From assembly GCA_046292465.1 (NCBI GenBank), contig JBKBRB010000005.1:22536-86535 (forward strand): 64,000 bases of DNA, read 5' to 3'. Of this stretch, positions 20,121-28,654 are shown in pieces; positions within the stretch are counted from its first letter, which is position 1, and every line of letters starts with the position of its first letter. The position numbers and the translations under genes were made by a program. The notes below the pieces were generated by a model. The model was not told where the DNA came from and did not search any database. It saw nothing but the letters and a program-made list of their open reading frames with translations. Source of the stretch: Chloroherpetonaceae bacterium. Lineage in GTDB: Bacteria; Bacteroidota; Chlorobiia; Chlorobiales; Thermochlorobacteraceae.

Positions 20121-23100
20121 TTAATCAAGACGAATTTTCCTGTTTTTGTGCCGATGCCTGGTGCATCTAAGTGATAGAGATATAATCCGTAAGCCACATC
20201 GAGCCGCTCACGTGAGCGCAAATCCCAAGTTACATCGCCCTCGTTCGAGCCATCTTGTGTCAGGGTTTGGACTAAATCGCCACGAATGGTGTAGATGCGA
20301 ATCGTTGAGCCTTTGGGCACATGCGTAAAGCGAATGACTCTCTCACCGCGTCCGCGCGTTACGCCCAGGGGCAAGGGTTGCTCGTATTGGCTTCGTGCGA
20401 TGTAAGGATTTGGCACAACCTTGACTCGGTCGAGCGCATTTTTTGCGCGGTCCTTATCGACGAATACGGCACGGGTTTTAAATTGAAAACTATCGCCTGT
20501 TCGGAAAGGCTTGTTGAAACGCACCACGAACTTATCGCCCACACGAGGCACGATGCGATTCGGTCCTAAGCGCGGATTGAAGGCAAATGTCCAAGTGAAG
20601 ACTGAATCGGCAAGGACCTGACTCGGTCCATATGGACGCGGGTTTTTGTAGAATGGCAATCCAATTTCAATGGGGCCTGAGTTTTGCGTTGCAACCGTGT
20701 CGAATACATTCGTTGAGCGTTTGGTGAGAAAGAATCGTACCGTATCGCCTGTGCTTAAATTGCGAATGATGAAGTTTGTCGGTCGCCCGATGAAACTTTG
20801 TCCAATCGTTGTTGGCAAGCCTGATGTTCTGATGTAGCGCACGGTGTCGCTTCGCCATGTGCCGAAGGGCACGATTTCAATTTCGTAGTCGTCCGGTCGC
20901 AAGACGGTTGCAAACACACCGAGAGGATTAACGAAGTAGTTGCGTCCTGCGGTGTCAGTGGCTTGCACGAAAGCGTCATAGCCGTTGATGTCTTCGCGTG
21001 TCCATTTTGTCTCTGCTCGGTTGAGTTCGCCTCGGATGCGGTTTCGAATCGTCAGGTATATGCCGTTAAAAATTTGGTCGTCGGCAATGTAGAGTTGGCG
21101 GTCGCGCGTGGCATAAGAACTTTGTTCGTTGAGCGGTCGGCGATTGCGTTTAATGACTGTGTCGGGCGAATTAGGATTGGTTCTATCAATGACAGAGAAA
21201 AATGATGTGGCGGCTAATTGCTCTTCGAAATCATCGTCGTCAATTAAGCCGTTGCCGTTGTTGTCTAATCCATCTGTGGCGGTGTCGAAGAATTTCAGCA
21301 CATATGTTTTATCCTGAACGGTATCAGGGTCGACGATGGTGTATTGTACTGTTCCGTTTCCAACGATGTTGCCAATTGGTTGAAGTGCGCCGCCCTCTGA
21401 CGGAATCGTGAATCCGGCGACCTTTGGTCGTGGCACGACGGCTACGACATTCGTTCCCAAAACGAAATTGCCTTGTCCGTCGGGTCTTGCGCTTGGCGTG
21501 TTTTCAGCGGGATAAAGGCTCAAGGCAGTATCGCCACGCGTGTAAGCCAACACGGCGTAGAAGTATAGCCGCCCGTTGACGACGTTGGAGTCCGTAAAGG
21601 TGTGTTGCAATCCAGAGTTGTTGCCTAAGTAATAGGCAATGCCGCGCGACTGTTGCAACAGTTCGCGTGTCGTCAGTGGAAAGTTTCCGAAGACATCGTT
21701 GTCTAAATCAAACTGTACTAATGCTTTGAACTGTTGAGCCTCTTCGCCGCGCGAGCCTGTAATGAGCAGTGCGTCTGCAAAGTTTGGGTCAGTGGCTTTG
21801 ATGATTTTATAGCCCTCGAAATTTTTGACGCGCGGGTCGTCGGTGCCAACAGGCAGGTTCAATCGGCGTCGGATAAATTCATCACGATAATCTTCGGCGG
21901 CGGCATCCCAATAAAGCGTTACGCGGCGGTCATCCGTGTAATAGCCAAGCTTTGGTGGTGTCGGCGGACGGGCGAAGTTGTAGTTCGCATCGTAAATTGC
22001 CTGCACAATATCTTTTGTTTGAACGATTGATTGCGCGTCATTACCGAAGAGCAAGGCAATCGAGAGCCGCTCTGTTTGTCCTGACGCCAGCGGAAAGTAG
22101 CCAGTGCTGTAAAGGTAATCTTGGTCAATCGTTTGATTGAGGTCAGCAATGATGTCGTAGGTTCCAGGCTGCGCCAATTGCGGAATCAAGTCGACGGTTT
22201 GCGGACTTGCAATTGGCAATCCTTCGTTCGGGCGAATTGCAAATCCTGTCAATCCAATTTGGTCAGATTCTTTGACATCGACGGCATCGATGAAGCCGTC
22301 GCCGTTGTTGTCGAAGCCATCATCGCGCCGTTCATCAATCATCGGATAAATTGTGCGATTGATTTCCAGCGGGTCGTAAATGCCACTTCCTGCGGGAATG
22401 CCGGTTGGAAAGCGTTGCGCAAGTTGAATGTAATTGACGTAGGCAAGCGCCGGTTGTTCTCTTGGAATGACGATGCGTTGGATGAGGTCGTATTCAATGC
22501 GGCGGCGCCTGACATGCTGATTGTAGTTTTCATCGATGATACCGTTGAGATTATCATCTAAAAGGTTGTTATCAATTTCTTTGAGCACAGTTCCTGAGGC
22601 ACTCAATCGGTAAGGAATGCCGAGCGAGACGACGGTTGTATCGACATTCGGCATTCTCACGACACGCCGCACATATTTGAGGATTCGGCGGTTGTTGACG
22701 AGCGTGTCGCGCTGTTCAATCAAGACCAGTAGGTTTCCGGGGACAATAGTTCGGCGAAATGCTGTATCGCCTGCGACGATGCTGTAATCGTAATCACCTG
22801 TGCCGGGCAGTTTGCTGAAAATTGAGGGTTGTTCAGTTGGATTATCCGTTTTTTCCCAGTCACCGTCGTTATCAATTCCGTCAAAGGGGTTGCCGGGGCT
22901 TTCTAAAAATGCTGCGCCTGCAAATCCGGGCGGGTAAAAGTTTCGATTCCAACTGCCTGCAACTGGTGGGTTATTGACGGTGCTTTTGAAGCTATAAGTA
23001 ATTGAGTTGGCTTGGTCGAAGGCAGAAACGCCGTCAATACCGCCCGTGCCGCCGCCGCCGATGTCGGTTCCGACGACCGAGCCGAAGAAAACTTTATCGT

Positions 23101-24004
23101 AATCGTAAATCGAGTTGTTTTTCACCTCATAAAGCCAGAAGATGACGTCTTGGGCAAGGAAGTTTGAGAATTGCAAGCCGCGCACTCTTAAGTCTAATCC
23201 GAAGCCGTAGCGAGTCGGCTGTGCGGGGTTTGGCTGGAAGTTATATCGCGTGAAATACTGTTTGTCTTTTCCGTCGGTAGCGGCAAAGTAGCTTTCTTGG
23301 TCGGCGTTCGTGACGCCCGGTCCGAAATAGCCGTTCCAGACGGCGCGCCCTGTGGCAGGGTCAGTAGGATAGTTTTCATTGCCAGGCCACGATGCAGGCC
23401 ATGAATTTGGAATATGACTCATTGCCACGCTGTTTTGCAGTGGATTCCAAAATCCTTCGTAGGGGGTGATGCCCCAGAATTCGCCTGTCCCCGACTTTCC
23501 GCCAGGGGCTTCGCCGAAGCGCACCGAAGGATGGCTGGTTACATACCACTCTTGATAGCGCAACGCCATTGCCAACGTATCGCCTTTGAAAAATCTGCCG
23601 ACCGTGTCTGCGAACGCGACGCCTACTGTGCGACGGTCCCGCAACCGAAATCCTCTGACGCTGTCTGGACCAACGGTGAAGTTAATGAGCGTGTCGCGCA
23701 CACCTTGAATGCCGATGATAATGTTGATGTCGGGCAAGTAGGTATTTTCTTCAACCGGCCATGCACTTCTAGGCAACTGGGTAAAGCCTGCTGGCTGACC
23801 AATAAAGCCTGTGTTCGCAAAGGCTGTTTTCACTCGATTTCCGTTGTGTAGCCCAACCCGCGTGAATCGTATATCGTAGTTCGTGTTAATTGGTCCTGCT
23901 TCTTGTTGCGCATAAAGCCATTTGGTTGGAACAATCACGGCAGTGCCAACAAGCAGAGCGCAGAGAAGCAAATGACGGTAAATTTTTGTGCGTGCGTGTT
24001 GCAT
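20117..24004 (-). CDS. Large secreted hypothetical protein with a variant T9SS-like CTD
   Basis: Signal peptide; repeated DGxDNxGxGxxD motifs; C-terminal VKVVPNPY...IRIYTIRGDLV...GLYLY...GKFVLIK. Stop overlaps the PorV start. Confidence 0.8.
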   Translation of the reverse strand: MQHARTKIYRHLLLCALLVGTAVIVPTKWLYAQQEAGPINTNYDIRFTRVGLHNGNRVKTAFANTGFIGQPAGFTQLPRSAWPVEENTYLPDINIIIGIQGVRDTLINFTVGPDSVRGFRLRDRRTVGVAFADTVGRFFKGDTLAMALRYQEWYVTSHPSVRFGEAPGGKSGTGEFWGITPYEGFWNPLQNSVAMSHIPNSWPASWPGNENYPTDPATGRAVWNGYFGPGVTNADQESYFAATDGKDKQYFTRYNFQPNPAQPTRYGFGLDLRVRGLQFSNFLAQDVIFWLYEVKNNSIYDYDKVFFGSVVGTDIGGGGTGGIDGVSAFDQANSITYSFKSTVNNPPVAGSWNRNFYPPGFAGAAFLESPGNPFDGIDNDGDWEKTDNPTEQPSIFSKLPGTGDYDYSIVAGDTAFRRTIVPGNLLVLIEQRDTLVNNRRILKYVRRVVRMPNVDTTVVSLGIPYRLSASGTVLKEIDNNLLDDNLNGIIDENYNQHVRRRRIEYDLIQRIVIPREQPALAYVNYIQLAQRFPTGIPAGSGIYDPLEINRTIYPMIDERRDDGFDNNGDGFIDAVDVKESDQIGLTGFAIRPNEGLPIASPQTVDLIPQLAQPGTYDIIADLNQTIDQDYLYSTGYFPLASGQTERLSIALLFGNDAQSIVQTKDIVQAIYDANYNFARPPTPPKLGYYTDDRRVTLYWDAAAEDYRDEFIRRRLNLPVGTDDPRVKNFEGYKIIKATDPNFADALLITGSRGEEAQQFKALVQFDLDNDVFGNFPLTTRELLQQSRGIAYYLGNNSGLQHTFTDSNVVNGRLYFYAVLAYTRGDTALSLYPAENTPSARPDGQGNFVLGTNVVAVVPRPKVAGFTIPSEGGALQPIGNIVGNGTVQYTIVDPDTVQDKTYVLKFFDTATDGLDNNGNGLIDDDDFEEQLAATSFFSVIDRTNPNSPDTVIKRNRRPLNEQSSYATRDRQLYIADDQIFNGIYLTIRNRIRGELNRAETKWTREDINGYDAFVQATDTAGRNYFVNPLGVFATVLRPDDYEIEIVPFGTWRSDTVRYIRTSGLPTTIGQSFIGRPTNFIIRNLSTGDTVRFFLTKRSTNVFDTVATQNSGPIEIGLPFYKNPRPYGPSQVLADSVFTWTFAFNPRLGPNRIVPRVGDKFVVRFNKPFRTGDSFQFKTRAVFVDKDRAKNALDRVKVVPNPYIARSQYEQPLPLGVTRGRGERVIRFTHVPKGSTIRIYTIRGDLVQTLTQDGSNEGDVTWDLRSRERLDVAYGLYLYHLDAPGIGTKTGKFVLIK

Positions 24005-24027
24005 CGTCTAGTTCTCGTCAATTTGAT

Positions 24028-27006
24028 TTAGAAGTTAATTGACATTCCCAGCATGATTCGGCGCGGCTCTGAAAAGAAGTCAGGACGCAAGAAAAAGTCG
24101 GGCAATGAATTAAACGCTTGATTTTGTTCCGATACCGTATAGCGATACAGTTCATAGGTGGCGCGCCCAGTTGTCGAGTAGACAATGATTTCGTTCGCCG
24201 TATCAAACAAGTTGAAAATTTGTGCAAATACTGCCAGATTGGTTTCTCCAATTTTGAAGTTGCGTGTCGCACGCACATCGACTGAAAAGGTCTGAGGTTT
24301 GACGCCACCATTCTGAAATAGCCTTGCTAATCCTTGCGTTGGTGGTTGCGGCACAGTTGTCGGAGAGTAAGGAAAACCAGAGCCATAACGACCGATAACA
24401 GAGACATTCCAATCACGGTCATCGTAAAGGACTTCGGCGTTGAGCGTATGCGTCTGGTCCCAATCCAATCGTATGAGTTGTGTTTCAGGCTCGTTGCCGC
24501 TTGCAATCGACGCAATTGCCGTTCGTGGGTCGGGTGAGTTGCCTTGTGCCACTTGGAGCGTGTAGTTGATGTTGAAACTAATGCTTTGCGAAAGCCGCTT
24601 GCTCAGCGTTGCCACAATCCCACGCACGAAAGCATAGTCGGTATTGTCAAAAACGAAGTATTGTCCGCCTGTAATCAATTGTCGAGCAAATGCCGAGCCT
24701 GCAAGGTCGCGAATATCACGATAGTAGGCGCTCATCGTTAGCCCAATCGTTTCGCCGATTTGTTGCTGAATTCCGATTTCACCAGTAATAGTGCGTTGCG
24801 GACGAATGTCTGGATTGCCAAACGGCGAGTTAATGCGACTGGTAATGTCGGTCTCTCGGAACTTGAAGAGCGCATTTTCATAAAGCAGGTAAAAGTTTGG
24901 AACTTGAAAAAACTGCCCATAAGAAAAGTAAAACATACCGCGCTCCGTGATAGGGAACGAGACACCGATTCTGGGACTAAACGCAAACTTTGGCGTAGCA
25001 TTTTTCCGACGATTACGGAATCCGTTTCGCGCTGCAAACACGCTGTCGCTATCAATTTTGAAAAAGAGGCTCGGGTCTAACGGGTCAGTTGGCACTTGGT
25101 CGCGTGAGTTAAAGTAATCGAAGCGAATGCCGAGATTGATGATGAAGTTATCGAATTCAAGCTTGTCTTGAATGTAGGCAGCAAACTCAATTGGGTTGCG
25201 CGTGTAGCGTTCGTGTCCAAATTCAGTTTCAGCATCAGGAATGTAGGGCTGAAAACCATCGCGAATTTCACCAGTTCGGTCGCGAATCTCAATAAACTCA
25301 AAATCCAACCGATGATACTTGAAATCAACGCCTGTTTTGACAAGGTTATGTTTATTGAGCTGTGTGGTTAGGTCGAGTCGAAATTGATTCGTGAGCGTTG
25401 TTCGGTCGACACGCGAATTTTTCGTGCCTCCATGAACGAAATTCACACCTCGTCTTACTGCACCAGGCACACCTAAGTCTTGATAACGCGCATCGAAGGG
25501 GTCTTCAAAGGCGTAATTCTTGAATCCTGTTCGGAACAGCGAATATCGTCCGTCGAGGAAGCTGTTGGAGTTTAGCGTGTAGGTTATGCCCAAAATGTTG
25601 GTGAACCCGCTTCGAAAATTTTGCAGTTCACCATCTGGGTTAAGACTCCATGCGTGGTCGTAGCCTCTGAAATTTTCATCTTCGTAATTGAAACTGTAAA
25701 ACGCCTTGAAGGTGCTAGACGGACGAAAGGTGAGTTTTCCTTGAAGCGAGTAGCGTTCATATTCGTTAAGTGGCACAGGGGCGTTATCGCCACTTCCAAA
25801 ATTTTCATAGCGGTTAAAGCGCTGCTCCAATCCGAATTGATTACTCACGCTGAACGGAATAAAGATGCGCGTTCCGTTTTGTCGGTCGATAATGGCGCGT
25901 CCGTTTTCGTCAGTTGCAATGAAGACGGGATTTCTGCGTCCATCAACGATTGAGGTCGGAATTCCTTGTTCGTTGATAAATGAGCTAATTGCATTAGGGT
26001 CGTCTGGTGTTGTGAGGCGAAATTTTCCGGCAATCGCAGGCGCATTGTAAGGATTTAGCGGATTGCCTTGTTGAAGCACATCGTCCGTTCGGAATTGACG
26101 GCGTCCAAAGAGATAGCCTTCGTTTCGGAAATATCGTCCCGCCAAATAAAACGACAATTTATCTTTCAAAAACGGAAACGGACCGCTGATTGAGGCTTGC
26201 ATGTTCGGCGTTGCAAAGGGGGAGAAGTTGTTCATGTTGCGATAAAGGTCGCGTCGCCCTGTAAGATAATCACCGCCGTAAAGTTGAACTTGCCCTGAAT
26301 AAGTCTCGCCACCTTCTTTGGTAACGATGTTCACAATGCCCGACATGGCTTGCCCATATTCAGCATTGAACGCACCTGTAATCACCTGCACTTCTTGAAT
26401 CGACTGCGGGTCAATGAAGGTCGAGCCGCCTCTGCCGGCGTTGCCGTCGAAGACGTCCGTTACCGTTACGCCGTCAACTAAGTAACCAACTTCGCCAAAC
26501 CTGCCGCCACGAAAACTTCCGCCCACAATCCCCGACTGCAAGCGAATCACTTGGCTGACATCTTCAACAGGCAGTTTCTGAATTTGCTCCCCGGCAACTA
26601 CCGCCGACGAAAACGTTTGGTCTTTGATGACAATCGGTCGCTCGGCACTAACCACCACTTCTTGCGCCTGCACCGATTGCGACGAGAGTTCAACATCGAC
26701 GCGCGTGGTTAGGTCGACACGAATGGTAATTTTTTCAACTGTTTTGGATTGATAGCCAACATAAGTTACGCGGAGCGAATACTGCCCAGGAGGAATGTTC
26801 AGAATCGTATACTCGCCATCGAAGTTGGTTTTCGCGCCAAGTTTCGTGCCTTGAAGAACAACTGTCGCACCGATGAGCGGCTCACCTGTTTGTGCGTCTT
26901 TGACAACACCTGTGAGTTTTCCTGTTGTTCCGAAGTATGCAGAAGTGCTTGCGCTACTTGCAAGTAATAAGAAAAGCAAGGCAATGTGTTTCATTCTCAT
27001 TCGCAA
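24028..27006 (-). CDS. TonB-dependent receptor with N-terminal carboxypeptidase-regulatory-like domain (not SusC-type)
   Basis: GVVKDAQTGEPLIGATV...YVGY domain; plug YLVDG...GAFNAEYG; C-terminal EPRRIMLGMSINF. Confidence 0.92.
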   Translation of the reverse strand: MRMRMKHIALLFLLLASSASTSAYFGTTGKLTGVVKDAQTGEPLIGATVVLQGTKLGAKTNFDGEYTILNIPPGQYSLRVTYVGYQSKTVEKITIRVDLTTRVDVELSSQSVQAQEVVVSAERPIVIKDQTFSSAVVAGEQIQKLPVEDVSQVIRLQSGIVGGSFRGGRFGEVGYLVDGVTVTDVFDGNAGRGGSTFIDPQSIQEVQVITGAFNAEYGQAMSGIVNIVTKEGGETYSGQVQLYGGDYLTGRRDLYRNMNNFSPFATPNMQASISGPFPFLKDKLSFYLAGRYFRNEGYLFGRRQFRTDDVLQQGNPLNPYNAPAIAGKFRLTTPDDPNAISSFINEQGIPTSIVDGRRNPVFIATDENGRAIIDRQNGTRIFIPFSVSNQFGLEQRFNRYENFGSGDNAPVPLNEYERYSLQGKLTFRPSSTFKAFYSFNYEDENFRGYDHAWSLNPDGELQNFRSGFTNILGITYTLNSNSFLDGRYSLFRTGFKNYAFEDPFDARYQDLGVPGAVRRGVNFVHGGTKNSRVDRTTLTNQFRLDLTTQLNKHNLVKTGVDFKYHRLDFEFIEIRDRTGEIRDGFQPYIPDAETEFGHERYTRNPIEFAAYIQDKLEFDNFIINLGIRFDYFNSRDQVPTDPLDPSLFFKIDSDSVFAARNGFRNRRKNATPKFAFSPRIGVSFPITERGMFYFSYGQFFQVPNFYLLYENALFKFRETDITSRINSPFGNPDIRPQRTITGEIGIQQQIGETIGLTMSAYYRDIRDLAGSAFARQLITGGQYFVFDNTDYAFVRGIVATLSKRLSQSISFNINYTLQVAQGNSPDPRTAIASIASGNEPETQLIRLDWDQTHTLNAEVLYDDRDWNVSVIGRYGSGFPYSPTTVPQPPTQGLARLFQNGGVKPQTFSVDVRATRNFKIGETNLAVFAQIFNLFDTANEIIVYSTTGRATYELYRYTVSEQNQAFNSLPDFFLRPDFFSEPRRIMLGMSINF

Positions 27007-27060
27007 AGTTCAGGTACATTTTCAAGCGCGAATGATTCACGCTTATTGTATTGGCAACGA

Positions 27061-27079
27061 ATTTAATCGTTTAACAGCG
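27061..27079 (-). promoter_or_regulatory. Candidate operator (LacI-like), copy 2
   Basis: Identical 19-mer to 16731-16749, 54 bp upstream of the receptor ORF. Confidence 0.7.
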
Positions 27080-27146
27080 AGCGAATATAAAACTTTGCGA
27101 TATAAAACAAAATTTTTCTGCAACAATTTTCCGAGACCGACTTTCA

Positions 27147-27932
27147 TTATGTCGCGTCGCTTTCCTGTTTCCAATAACTGCTCAAATCGCTTTCCAGCGT
27201 CAAGCCCTCGCCGATTAACACTGCATCAAAGCCCGCTTCTTCGATTTTGAGCAAATCGGCTTTGGTTTGAATCCCACTTTCAGAGACCACCGTCACTTCT
27301 TTCGGAATTTCTTTTTTCACCCGAAGCGACGTTTCAAGCGAGACTGAAAAGTCATGCAAATTGCGATTATTAACGCCGATGATGGTTGCGTCATATTTCA
27401 TTGCTCGTTCCAACTCCCACTCGTCGTGCACTTCGGTTAGCACATGCAAACTGATTTCCTTTGCTAATTGCAGGAAGGATTGCAGTCGAGCATTATCCAG
27501 CGCGGCGACAATCAAGAGCATGGCATCTGCACCAACAAGGCGCGTCTCCAAAATTTGCGTTTCATTGATGATGAAGTCTTTGCGTAAGACCGGCAGTTCA
27601 AAGCGTGAGCGAACTTGTTCGAGATACTCGATTTTGCCTTGAAAAAACTTTTCATCAGTCAGCACCGAAAACGCGGACGCGCCGAGATTGAGATACATTT
27701 CAGCGCGCTCAATCGGCTTGAAGTCTTGGACAATTACGCCGCGCGAGGGCGAAGCCTTTTTCAGTTCCGCAATCAAGCGTAGCGTTTCGTCTTCGCGCCG
27801 AATGGCTTTGGCAAAGTCGCGCGTTGGGTTCAAATACTTACGCTCCGCCTCAAAGGTTCTTGAAATGCCGCGCAGTTTCAGAGCGGCAACTTCGCTACGC
27901 TTTTCGTCCAAAATTTTATCGAGATAGGTCAT
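27147..27932 (-). CDS. trpC: Indole-3-glycerol phosphate synthase
   Basis: IAELKKASPS, SVLTDEKFF, LRKDFI, GVNNRNL and VSESGI motifs. Confidence 0.96.
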   Translation of the reverse strand: MTYLDKILDEKRSEVAALKLRGISRTFEAERKYLNPTRDFAKAIRREDETLRLIAELKKASPSRGVIVQDFKPIERAEMYLNLGASAFSVLTDEKFFQGKIEYLEQVRSRFELPVLRKDFIINETQILETRLVGADAMLLIVAALDNARLQSFLQLAKEISLHVLTEVHDEWELERAMKYDATIIGVNNRNLHDFSVSLETSLRVKKEIPKEVTVVSESGIQTKADLLKIEEAGFDAVLIGEGLTLESDLSSYWKQESDAT

Positions 27933-28654
27933 TTGAGTAGTGATTTCGGTAGGTCTTCAAATTTTTTGATGCGATAGAGGTTTGTCGCAATCGTTGGCAC
28001 ATCTTTGAATGGAACGGTCATACACATCTCGCCATCAGCCATGCGTGCCAGTTCTCTGCCCGATAAATCGCCGGGCGAAAAAACAGGCTTTTGCGCTAAA
28101 TACGGATGCGGCACGACCAGCGCACAGAGCGAAAGTCCTGCAAACCCTTGCACCAACTCGCCTGATTCAAAACTATATGCATGACAAAGCCACTCGAGTT
28201 GGCGTGCGTTGCAAAAGAACATTACCACGTCAGGGTCTTCGACCTGCTCTAATCGTCCCATCACTGTTGCTTCAAATCGCTTTTCCTTTTTGAAACTAAA
28301 CGGCACGCTTTCTTGGCACTTTGTTGCCGATTCACGCGAGTAATAAATTTTGCCTTCGCCGACCAGCATGTTCCAGCCATGCTCGACGAGTTTCGGCGGC
28401 AGGTCTTTTTGTCCCATGCCTGTGTAGCTTGTTCCGCCTGCACAAATGTGGTCGTCCGGAACGGTATAAAACGGTGTGGCATAGTTTGACACTTCTTTCC
28501 ACATGCCGCAATAAATGCCTTTGCCTTGATAGCGCACGGCATAAGGCGGCACATCGGCAAGTGTTGGGCAAAATTTCAGCGCAACGAAATCGCGCTCAAT
28601 GCCTGTAAAGGCGCGAATTTTTTCTGCCCACTCCTGTTGCTCTGTAAGGCTCAT
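27929..28654 (-). CDS. DUF169-family protein
   Basis: Cys-rich pattern YCG...HICAGG...LCA and P-x-x-S-x-G-D-x-x-x-R near the C-terminus. ATG 28654 overlaps the upstream stop. Confidence 0.7.
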   Translation of the reverse strand: MSLTEQQEWAEKIRAFTGIERDFVALKFCPTLADVPPYAVRYQGKGIYCGMWKEVSNYATPFYTVPDDHICAGGTSYTGMGQKDLPPKLVEHGWNMLVGEGKIYYSRESATKCQESVPFSFKKEKRFEATVMGRLEQVEDPDVVMFFCNARQLEWLCHAYSFESGELVQGFAGLSLCALVVPHPYLAQKPVFSPGDLSGRELARMADGEMCMTVPFKDVPTIATNLYRIKKFEDLPKSLLK

